Below, one piece after another: positions 24,401 through 35,141 of a DNA stretch of 63,593 nt (the stretch's first letter is position 1; each line of letters starts with the position of its first letter). A program made the position numbers and the translations under genes. Below the pieces are notes generated by a model that was given only the letters and a program-made list of their open reading frames with translations, made no database searches and was not told where the DNA came from. The stretch comes from Hyphochytrium catenoides (lineage: Eukaryota; Protista; Hyphochytriomycota). The DNA lies in contig FLMG01000833.1 in assembly GCA_900088475.1 (NCBI GenBank), positions 1-63,593 on the forward strand. Reading direction: 5' to 3'.

Positions 24401-24930
24401 TAATTTCCATCTCTAGAGCGTATCGCTTGATCTTTGGCATGGAGGCTGCGTACAATGTCGGCCGCGCCCATCATCAGCTGGTGCGTATAGAGAAACTTCA
24501 CTCTTTGGATGCTCCGGCCCGAGTTATAGCTAAAGAATGCACCTCCTTACTCACTCGTGGTCTGCTTTCCCATCAGGGCATCTACCACCTTGCCTTGCAG
24601 TACTATGAGGAGGCTTTGGCGCTTTGGGACAGTCGAGGGGTTCAGGAATTACCGGAGGGAGCGGAGCTGTGCAGAGAGGCAGCCTACAACTTAAATCTCA
24701 TCTATCGCAAGAGGTCAAGCTACATTCTCTTTGTACAGCCCACTATTCTATCTTTCGTCCCTTGTTCTGCCCTCTTAACAAATGCTGTACAGACTGTTAT
24801 GTCTTTCAACTGTTAAGCCGACAATGAGTGTCTTTCCCATCTACGCCCTTACACTGACTCCCGTTTGGTCTGCAGTGGCCGGAAGGGACTTGCCACAGCT
24901 CTACTGCGGCGCTATCTCACTCTAGACTGA
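18438..24930 (+). CDS. GTF3C3: RNA polymerase III transcription factor TFIIIC TPR subunit (GTF3C3/Tfc4-like), multi-exon
   Basis: Acidic N-terminus; TPR exons LSDAYTFFSNGQFQEAIDALHEV|VRQAPSYPQAYDTL and ASLWRSVGMMAREMGKMDTAIDCYTR; LPLDLTVKYGICMLRL; C-terminal signature ALGEYSAAH..QPSDPLLNLCLG, EAAYNVGRAHHQL|GIYHLALQYYEEAL, LCREAAYNLNLIY..SG...LATALLRRYLTLD*. Exon boundaries only partly resolved. Confidence 0.88.
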
Positions 24931-25213
24931 GCGCGCAGCACCCTCAGCACCAAAAATTTGGGCTAGGACTCAATGTGCTGTGTGAGTTCAACATGCGCCG
25001 TCGCAATTTGTCTGTAGGAACTGCAAGCTACTGAACAGCTATGCACTTCCTCAAGCTAATAGAGCTCATATTTATTATGAGGGACAGCGTGTCCCCTCTT
25101 AAATAAAGGAAGAATCGTGCCAAACAGCATCCATCTGTCTTACCCCGACACTAAAGGTGAGAACGGGGAGGGAGCTAAGAGCTATATATCTGGAGAGTCG
25201 TAAGAAAGAAGAT

Positions 25214-26761
25214 CTACAACTCATCCGTGCTCTCCGCAAGTGATTCCTTGTGCTGCAACCCTGATTCGGCGCCGTAGTGCAGCAGACTGAAGAGCGGCAC
25301 CGAAGCTAAATCATCCTAGAGAAGGCGATAATAGGCTCGTCAGAGTAAGCTATCAATATTTGAACTAGGAAGGTGCAAGGGAGATGGCAGGGACTGGTAG
25401 GAGGACAGACAGCTAAGGACACTACGTCCATTCATACCATGTTCACATCCTCCTCTAGCACCACCACAGCACACTCCACAAGCACTCCTCCAGCCTTCTG
25501 CACGAGCTCGCAGGCGGCGAGCAGCGTCCCACCAGTTGCCACCATGTCATCCATCACTACCACCCGAGAACCAGGAGTAATAGCATCATCGTGGATCTGT
25601 GTGTGTGATAGTGAGAGGGAGAGATACAACGTCAGAAAAAGAGAGAGAGAGAGAGAACACTTTAGAGTGACCAAGAGAGCCAGCGCGTCAAAGCAAAAGC
25701 AAGGCCCCTAGAACTTGGATATAAGGAAGGCTATAAACTCTCTTAGCAAAGAATATAAGAGGTAGGTAGACGGCCCAGAGAGTGATAACCTCCAAGCGGT
25801 CCTTGGTGAACTGAGAGTGATAGTCTACGCCGATCGTGTGCCCAGGAAGCTTCCTCGCCTTGCGGACTGCAAAAGCAAGGAAAGCAGTAAGCAATAGAAT
25901 CAGCAGCGCTCGTTTACTTCAAAGAGCTGAAGCCCTGAGACCCAAGAAAGGAGAGAGGGCAGGAGGACCCAGAGAGAAAGAGAGTAAGCAGAAGGAAAGA
26001 GAACAAAAGGCAAAGCGATACACGGACGCATGGAGGTGGAAAGGACTAAAAATAGAGAAGGAGAGGCTTTAAGTCCTTTCCCAACCTGGCACAAAGGCGC
26101 ATTTCAACGCCAGCGCTAGGGGAGCGGCAAAAATGAAGCCTCGTGACTCGCAGCCAGCTACATGGGTGATCTGCTGGTCGCGGTACCGCCGAGCGAAGGC
26201 ATCGATGACTAACTGGAAGGCGGCGGGGTCTAGCAATAGAGTGGTGATGTCTCTGCAGCGGGAGTATAGCGGTCGTAATGCAGAGGCCGCAACAACAGTT
26301 AGGAGATGTAAAGAGTAGAAAAAGAGTCAACAGAGAGTGAGAGAGAGAGAGAGAGAGAAAGAGCGAGCGAGCGAGAGAGGAAGAGAGCGAGAGAAAAAGA
26401 AAGAAAGAGAGCGAGAGAGAGAGCGAGAGAGAGAGCGAGAGAGAGAGAGAGGGAGAGAGCAGAGTGAGAGCGAGGGGGGAAGAGAGGTGACGGAGGAATG
26501 TGTGAAAGGAGCTGTCACTTAGGTCCCACAAAGCTCTGTCACTAACTTGAATTGGAAGCCTGGACGTGGGAAGTCTGGGATGGTTCGGATCTCCCTCCGT
26601 AGCAATGTCTCCATCTCCGCATAGGAGCTGGTCCGCACCAGTGGCGGCTCCGCCCGCCGCCGCGGCCATTGCGGAGAGAGGATGCGCTCCGGAGCGTCAA
26701 CCCTCTCCTTCTCGTCGTCTTGAGGAGCTGGACTGCCCAGCCTCTCGAGCGCTGTACTCAT
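25214..26761 (-). CDS. APRT: Adenine phosphoribosyltransferase-like protein, 5 exons, N-terminal extension
   Basis: IRTIPDFPRPGFQFK|DITTLLLDPAAFQLVID...VAGCESRGFIFAAPLALALKCAFVP|VRKARKLPG...|VVVMDDMVATGGTLLAACELV; PRPP-binding motif intact. Confidence 0.9.
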
Positions 26762-26984
26762 GCTCGGAACTAATGAGGAACACAGGAGACTACTGGGATC
26801 CTTCTTTGAGAAATAGAGTGGACCACTGGCCTTGGAGGCCTAAGACAACGAGCGGAAGAGAATAACGATGTGCTAAGCTGTACCACTCTCTGTATAATTA
26901 GGAGGATGAGCTGCCTGCTACTGCCACTGACTTCTTTGAGCTATGGGGATGAGGAGATGAAGATTGGCAGGCAGAGACGCAAGT

Positions 26985-27280
26985 AGAAACAGAATGAGAG
27001 AGAGGGAGAGAGAGAGAGAGAAAGAGGCGCCAAGTCGTGGTGGCAGCAGGTACCGAAGAGATGCTGAGGAGACAAAGACAGCTAATGGACAGGACAGCAA
27101 TGAAGCGGCAGTTCAGGCAGCGGAGTGGAAGAGAGAGAGAGTCTTGAGTGAGAGACAGAGAGGGAGAGAGAGGAGGGCATGAGAAGCTACCCATAATATG
27201 TGTGAGAGGAAGAGAGAGAGAGAGAGAGAGGAAGAGAGAGAGAGAGAAAAACAGAGAGAGAGAGAGGAAAGGAGAGAGAA
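26985..27280. repeat. (AG)n-rich microsatellite tract upstream of APRT
   Basis: Directly visible. Confidence 0.9.
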
Positions 27281-28004
27281 AATTCTGATGCTTGCTTGTC
27301 AAAACTGATGGGGCTTAAGCGGCCGTTAGCCGCTCTCTTAGACGCTGTCTGTTGGCCTTGGCTCGCTTGTGGAACCTGTGCGGCTGCAGGAAGGGCGCAG
27401 GAGCTTATGACTTATGAGGGAGGAGGCCAGGTCGTTGGATCTTCAGATCAGGAGGTCAAACAAGGCGGTGCAGAGCCATGGAAGACATGTTATTTTGATG
27501 TTGGAGAAGGGGAGGCTTGAAAGATGGTGCACCGTTAGGCGCAGACAGACGCATGACAGCTAGGCGGTGTGCCGGGCTCCTGTGGGCTAATTTTGGGAAG
27601 ACTAGTATCTCCCTCTGACATGACCGCTTCGGCAGCTGCGCTATAGCAGGAGCTCCAGGTGACCCCATACTAGAGCCATTGATGACATCTTTATGGCAAT
27701 GACAGCATGACAGCAGCCTCCGAAGGTCAGCAGCGAGCGGAAGAATGGCCACACATCTGATGTGGAAGGGACGATAGCAGGCGACAAGATTTCGGTCTCG
27801 ACTGCAGAATTGTCCCGGCAAACCCTAGTGTGACGCTGGCAACAAGGACGACATTTACGACCACTATGGCAGCTCTCATCACCTCCTTCGTCGGTGTCAT
27901 CTGTCCTGTCACGCTCCTTTGCTGCACGTTCATAAGGTCAAAGAGAAACGACAGAGATTGTGGGTGTGAATCATGGGATATACATTATCATAGGAGTGTG
28001 TTCC

Positions 28005-29782
28005 TTAGCCTTCCTGCTTGCTATCATCCTGCTTCTCAGTCCCGCTGGCCTCCTCCGCCTTGAGCTCCCAGAAAAATTCATCCTTCACTGGCTTCCCCAT
28101 GTTCTCGCCTAAGAGCCGCCGCTGCAGCAGATCGACAGCGGTGACTGTCAAGATCAAATTCTCATGTCGCAGGATATCATACACGTTGGCGCCCTATAGC
28201 AGAACTGTGAGTTAGGCCGCCGGATCTGATCATGGCTCTGCCGCCCATACGTACCAGATGCGGGAGAAAAGACAATCGGCGGAGGTTCCGAACCGAGAGC
28301 TTCACGTTCATGTCCCGGTACTCTGTGAACAGAGGTGACAACAACAGAGTAATCAGTGATCATGAGTCAGCTCAACGCGCAAGGGCAAGAATGCGACGGA
28401 TCATTAAAAGAACTGAGTTAATGCAGCGCACTCCATAAGCAGCTCACTCTATATGCAACTCAATCAAGCGGGCCTCACCATCAATCATAAGAGCTGTCCG
28501 CCACTTATATTTCTCAACTAATGCCGCAAATGGCTTGACCTTAGGCTCCTGCATGCAAGATGGGACGAATTATGAGCCGCGAGATAAGCTGATGACTCCT
28601 CCATCAGAGAGTACCTGAGTTTCGAGCTTGTCAACGATCATCAGCTTGCCCTCGCGGAGTTTGGCAGACAGCACAATTCTCAAAGCCATTCGTCGCACTG
28701 TGTAAGACATCCAAGAGACCCTTAGCGAAGAGAGTTCTACCAACAGGAAACGTAGTGACGTGCCATTGCCCAGGACATACAAATCAATAGCATAGATATA
28801 TAGCTGAAGAAGACAAACGCGCAAGGGCGGAGGAAGACGGATTGACCACTAGCATGACGACATTGGTTCAAAAGAGCTCACGGGGTCGGTATCTCACCTT
28901 TCTTGTTGATGCTGAAGGCAAAGCTCCTAGGACGAGGAGGATGTGCTACGCCGCCACCCCTTCTATTTGGAGCGCGAATAGATCCTACACGAGCTCTGCC
29001 TTGGCCCTTCTGAGGTAGGGGCTTGCGACCTCCTCCCCTAGAATGGTCCAGCAAGTCAGCCGGGAGCCTGCAGGGTGACGCAGTCAGTTATCCTCACCTG
29101 ACTTCACTTCTATCCTTCGCTTTTGCGGTTCCCTTCCGCTTCTTTGCCCTCTGTGAGAGAAGTATGGAAGGTTGAAGGAGAAACAAGAGACGCATAAAGG
29201 GGGAGTGGGGGGGAAGGAGGGCGGCAAGAGCCATCGACAGTGACGTGAGGCAGACACGACAAGAAAAGACAGAGCTTTGTCAGCACTCTTAGCATAATCC
29301 GGCTGACATTAAATAGTGGACAGCACCTGCCACCGGACAACATCGTGCACAATATCTGTGCGAAGCGGCACTGCAAAGACTCTACAAAGCAACAGAGGTT
29401 GTTCCTCTGGAGTCAGTACGACCGCTTATAGAGAAGGTCAATGCAGAGCAGGGGTTACCTTGGATCTAACGTAATCTCTGCCACTGAAGGCTTTTCTCCA
29501 AAGAGATTGATAACGGGCCTTACAAGAGCTTCCGGCTTTGCGATGTCCACAGCTGGGCGGCACAATAGACACATACAAGATCAACCCAAACGTATTGAGG
29601 CCAAGAGCAAGCCGCCACTTACGCTCATATTTAGCAAACTTATTAGGGTTAATGCGGGAAGGCTCCAAGATAAGGTTGGGTGGCAGCTCCTGGACTTGCG
29701 GTGCTGATGTAGCAAAAGCCCGCGCTATGACTGTGCGACTGGCCAACTGATGGTTGCGCCCCAAAAGCCGAAGGCCGAGCAT
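28005..29782 (-). CDS. MRPL4: Mitochondrial large-subunit ribosomal protein uL4m, multi-exon
   Basis: Presequence-like [26 protein letters not shown]; [18 protein letters not shown]|[17 protein letters not shown]|[40 protein letters not shown]; [12 protein letters not shown]; [20 protein letters not shown]. Confidence 0.93.
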
Positions 29783-30461
29783 CCTCCTTTCGTTGCGTGC
29801 GAGGCGCACGAAGACAACACGTCTTTATCTCCCTTCCAAGCCGCCCTGACAGACAGCTGTGCCTGGCGTCGTTTGACCCCCCCGAGCTCTGTCACCTACG
29901 TGGCCCTGTTGTCCCTCTTCCAGAGCGAAGGGCTTCGCATTCTACGTCTCGGATTGATCTTCAGACAGAAGCTTCAGCCGAGCTTCGCAGCAGAGTCAGC
30001 AGAGAGCTGGCATTACCAATGATGTAGGCTCCATGCCTGCCTAACGGGTCCATGCAAGTGGGTAAGGCTTTCAACACGAAAGATGGTCCCAGATAAGGGT
30101 TCTCTAGCTTGAGAATATAAGCAGATATATTTCGGATTAGAGATACTCTATTATCTGGAATAGATGAGACATTAGGAAGCTTTCGCCATTTCCAGTGGTT
30201 ACTTTCGGCTCCCAAACGAGGACATTTAAACTACAGTACACTGTAAGCAAACTTGTTGTAACTGAATATGTTTCCAGGATTTGATTCATTCGTAGTGGCG
30301 GATTCGGAACTAGCACGTTACGGAATGTATGGTAGGCGGCGCTGGCGCTTCATTGGTGCCGCGCCGGGCAGAGCTTTGAGCCTCCGTCATCGGCTGGGCG
30401 ATCGGAGCTCAAGAAACCTTTCTCCCACCTCCCGAATAGTCTGGCACACTGTCTGCAACAG

Positions 30462-30836
30462 GTAATCCTTTGTGCAAGTATATGTAGTCCTGAGAGCTTA
30501 GGTGGAGGGCCATGCAGTTGACTTCTCCGGTTTTGTAGTTGATAGACTATGGCAGGACCATTAGGTTCTCCCTTTGATGTCTTTTTTTATGGTTCTCAAT
30601 CGCGCTCTCCATTACCCAGTTAGATGAACACTAGCTGTCCTGCTGCGGTTTGTCTAAAGGATGGCATGAAGACGATGTTCTACAAGCCTTTCCTCGACTT
30701 ACCAATGCGGTTGTACAGGCGAATCTGTCCCATGCGCGTCTTGCAAACATGGTTGTACAGGCGAATTAGTGCTTTCATCTAACTTAACAACCTGCCGTCT
30801 TCCATCGCTCCACCTTGTTGCACAGATTTTGCACAG
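30462..30836 (+). promoter_or_regulatory. Probable 5'-UTR intron of RPS19, preceded by a pyrimidine (TOP-like) tract near 30417-30433
   Basis: CAG|GTAATC donor at 30462; CTAAC branch-like site near 30779; tandem CACAG acceptors ending 30825 and 30836 just before the ATG. Confidence 0.55.
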
Positions 30837-30840
30837 AATC

Positions 30841-31439
30841 ATGGCTGAATCCACCGCTAGAGGCATCACCGTCAGGGACATCCCTGCGGCTGATTTCATT
30901 AAGGCTTATGCTGAGCACATCAAGCGATCTGGCAAGATCGAGCTGCCCAAGTGGGTTGACTATGCTAAGACCGCTCCTCACCGTGAGCTCGCTCCTTACA
31001 GCCCAGACTGGTACTACATCCGCGCAGGTATAAGAGTTCTTGATCCCTTGTTCTGCTTATCACAGAGCGCTTACAAATCACACCTCCACAGCCTCCATTG
31101 CACGGAAGATCTACCTCCGCCAGAACATTGGTGTAGGTGCTCTTAGAAAGGTCTACGGCAAGGCTGGGCGCCGTGGCGCTCGTCCTCAGCACCACTACAA
31201 GGCTGCAGGAGGTGTCATCCGTCACATGCTTCAGTCTCTTGAGGCCATGAAGGTAATACTTTCAAGTCACTTTGAATCTAAAATTGTACGAGTTTGATGA
31301 AGCTTACGCGCTTACTTGATGCTACTAGGTCATTGAGATTGCTGAGGCTGGAGTCAAGAAGGGCGGCCGCCGCATCACAAAGCTTGGACAGCAAGACCTT
31401 GACCGTATCGCGGCTCAGGTGGCTCGCAAGGACGAGTAG
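30841..31439 (+). CDS. RPS19: 40S ribosomal protein S19 (eS19), 3 coding exons
   Basis: [53 protein letters not shown]|[23 protein letters not shown]...|[20 protein letters not shown]; canonical GT-AG introns. Confidence 0.97.
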
Positions 31440-32082
31440 ACTTCTTTGTGATTCTATGACACTGTGCTATGACGGGAGATCTTCTGCCCCTGCAGAACCT
31501 GTTGGCAGACAATGCACACTATAAATTAATGTGAGGTTTCGCTTGTTTGCCTTCGATTGACCTTGTCTGGCACCGTCGCCCAAGTCCTACGGGACAGATC
31601 GCGTTGTCTACATTTTGAAGCCTAAAGACCCGGGTCGTCACGCACTGTACCTTCGCTGTCTCCATAGAACTGTCTTACACTCAACAATCGTGCCCCTACT
31701 GCTTTATGGGACTTGTTGGGCTAGACCAGGTCCCCTGGGTATGACAAGCCTGAAGTGTACGATCCCCAATGGCCATCTGTATTCACGTCATCGATATCCT
31801 TATCCAGAGATGCTCCTAACCGCCCTCTTCTTGCTCCTGCTCGCTAGCCCTCCAAACTTCGGGCTCGGCTCACAAGCTGTAGAAGCTCACTATGTCGTAA
31901 TGCACTCACGCTCATTTCCTTCTTGCTCGTCATCGAATGACCTCTGAATCCCAGATTTGGCCCTGTGCCCTGAAGTGAAAATAGAACACTGGCTGCCTTT
32001 ATCAGCACCTAAGAAGACTGTTGTCTGTCTTTCTTCACGTTCAATTTTATGTTTAGCGACTTTTTTCTTCCTCAGTTGCTCC

Positions 32083-34157
32083 TTAGCTGGCACTCTCTCC
32101 ACCTTCTGCCCTATCATCTTCACGCAGTAAGCTAGTAATGCCCTGTCTGTGCTCCAAAATTCGCGCCACCAAGGCTGCTGTCTCCACATTCAGCTCTTTT
32201 GTGAGCCTCTCCCTGTCTGTCTCTCCTGCCAATTGCACCAGCGAAAGGGTCAGTACCGTGTCCTCACAAGCAGAGGCAAAATGGCAACTTTTGAAAGAGC
32301 TTACCCTGCCATATGCGCTGCACGGTTTGCCTTACGTCAAACCCTAAGGTCTCCAAATTTCCAATGACGACTGAAGAGACGTAGTGCTTGGTCGGATCGT
32401 CGTCATCCATGAATGGAAAGGCTGCAATGGCCTCGCAGATCTAAGAGAGAGCGGAGAGAGGCATAAGAGAGAGGTCCTTACTAGTGATGTATGCGAGAGA
32501 GGCCAGACTAAAAGGAGGACCAGGCAACTTGGACGGGAGGATGCCGCCCCGATTACAAAGGAGCACGAGGCAGAAGAAGAGGGCAATGATCCATACATGA
32601 GAAGTGATAGACGGCGGTCGGTAGTAGCAACATAGCAGCAGTTGAAAAGAGGGGATAGCGCTCCTCGTACCGGATCAAGCTTTCTCAACTTCATTTCCAG
32701 GGTCTCTTGACCTTCCCGCCCATTGTGCTGCTCCACCTTCTCGTCCTGCACCCCTTGCACCCCCTGTCCCACTACCTGACCCTTCTGCTCCGCCGGACTC
32801 TTTCCTACTTTGCCTGCTTGCACCATACTTTCATCCAGCTGAGGAGGGGAAGATGGAGGTGTGGTGGCGGAAGGCTTGGCGGTGGGCTTCTTGGCCTTGG
32901 GAGTCCTCTTCCGGGTGGTTGTCGCAGTGGTTGGGACCTGAACGACTTGGATGGCAGGCTTGGCGGTGGCCTGAACGATTTCCGCCTCATCATCGCTGTC
33001 AGATGAAGTGGGAAGTTTGCCCCAGGATGTCTCAGACCAGCGGAAGCGGTGCGGTAAGTTGCAAGCAATTAGAAACTCCTCGAAAGCGTGCTGCACCTTC
33101 TGCTCGAACAAGTGTCAATATAAGAACATAGAGTGCAAACGCCCTAGGCTAGCGAACCAGGCAAAGGAGACAGAGGAACAGAGGGAGAGACAGCAATAAA
33201 AAGAGGAAAGAGCAATTGTCAACAGCAAAAGAGCTGGCGAACGGCCAATAAGAGTCGGATATAGGCAGGGTAGAGCCAGACTAAAGTTACAGCTGATGAC
33301 TTGAGAAAAGAAGCGGAAGGTGCAACGCACCAGCTTGCAGTTCCCGCCCGTCGTATGTAAAGAGAGAGAGACGGTCTTGAACTCTCCCTCCTGCTCCGTG
33401 CGCAAGAAGAAGGTCAGTTCTTGCCGTTGGGCCGGTGGGTAAGGCGACTCGTCCTCCTCCAACTCGCGCGGCTTCTCCACAGTGTCCAGAAAGCCCATTA
33501 AAGACTGGAAAGAGCGATCATTTGCATCTCTCTGTTCTGGGTAGTTGTGGAAGAGATCGGGGTGGATCTGGTCGAGAAAAAGATGCGCCGAGAAAGAGAC
33601 ATAGAGAGAGTGAGAGAGAGAGAATGTGCGAGAGAGAGAGAGAGTGAGAGAGAGTCAGCGAGCCATTTAAGAAGTTAGGGACTGGCAAGAAGAAGTATTG
33701 CTCCTAGGAACATATGCAAGAGGTGGCAGCAGAAGGCCACAATAGCTCTCAAGGCCGTCGTGCTTGCCGCTCAGCCTCATCCAGGCCATTAAAGAGCAAA
33801 GGAGCAGCATCTCCTCTATGTGGCGGCGCCCCTTACCTTTAGATAAAGTCTCTTTAGGACACTTCCGAGGTAAGGGACCTCCTGCTTCTCATACTCACGA
33901 AGCTTGGCGCGTCTAGAGCTTCGAGACTCGCGCGGCGTCGGTACATTGACAGTGTTTTGCACATAGGAAGCCTTCCGCACTGCACCGCGTGTCAGAACCA
34001 AGGAGAGAGAAGGTAGAGCTGCACGAGGAGCAACAAGACGGGACGTCTCTCCTCCAAGGAGCGACGGACAATGAGGGCAGCCTGCCCTTTGACTTGTGCG
34101 AGCAGCAGCAGCTCGTAGCAGCGGCACAAAAGCCCTCTTGTGACTCAGCGTAGACAT
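32083..34157 (-). CDS. DUF4460/TCAIM N-terminal-like, probably mitochondrial protein, multi-exon
   Basis: Arg/Ala-rich presequence; VLKRLYLK|VHPDLFHNYPEQREANDRSFQSLMGFL (J-domain-like HPD, DUF4460 signature); last exon ends ...LVARILEH...GESAS*. Confidence 0.75.
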
Positions 34158-34519
34158 AGCACCGCGCTAGCTCTGACGGAGGGCCGGAGATGGAGGAGCT
34201 GAGGCGCTTGGGCAGGGGAGCTCGCCAAGGAGATGGAAGGATGCGAGAACAGTAAAAACAAAGAGATCTGCCTTTCAGGTGCTGAGAGACGCGGGAGAGA
34301 GGAGTTCAGTGAGAGCTGTATGGCACGCTGAGAGGATGGTGAAAGACTCTTGGGAGGACAGAGAAAGAGAAGAGAGATTCTTGAAAGGGGAGGGAGAGAG
34401 AGCGCCTTCTGCTGCTGCTCCTGCCTGCTGCTGCTGCTTGTAACCCTCCACCACTGCCTGTCCAGGGAAAGCAGCAAGGAGGAAGAGACAGAGCACTGGC
34501 TCTAGGACGAGAGGACCTA

Positions 34520-34665
34520 TGCAGAGCGAGCAAGAGAGGAAGAAAGAAAGAGTGAGAGAGAGAGAGGGAGACACGCAAAAAGGGAGAGAGAGAGAGAAAG
34601 AAAGAGAGAGAGAAAGAGAAAGAGAGAGAGAGAGAAAGAGAAAGAGAGAGAGAGAGAGAGACGAA

Positions 34666-34750
<85 letters not shown>

Positions 34751-34815
34751 AAGAGAAAAAAGCAGAGAAAAAGAGAGGGAGAAGAACAACAGAGAGAGAG
34801 AGAGAAGAGGACTGG
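34520..34815. repeat. (AG)n microsatellite between the divergent DUF4460 and TilS genes
   Basis: Directly visible. Confidence 0.95.
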
Positions 34816-35141
34816 TGACCAGGTCGCGACCGTTACCCGCTCTCTGTCAAGGGTGAGTTCAGATCCAAGAGCCTCCACTCTCAAGGGCAGGACAGTGCAG
34901 GACAGGACGATCACCGAGCCTGAACTCTGTCTCGGCTCTCTCGGCCCTTTCCTTGGTCGGATGATAGAGCCTGCGGATCTGCAGACTTGGGGCCTCAATA
35001 AAGAGCTGCCATCGGAGAGCTTAAAGTGGATTGCAAGAGGAAGAGAGCACGTGGGTTGTCCAAGCGTGAAGGTGTGTCCAGCTGGACAGTGGAGGCTGAG
35101 GTGATGATACGCTGAAAGGAAAGACAGAAATTCATTCGAAG

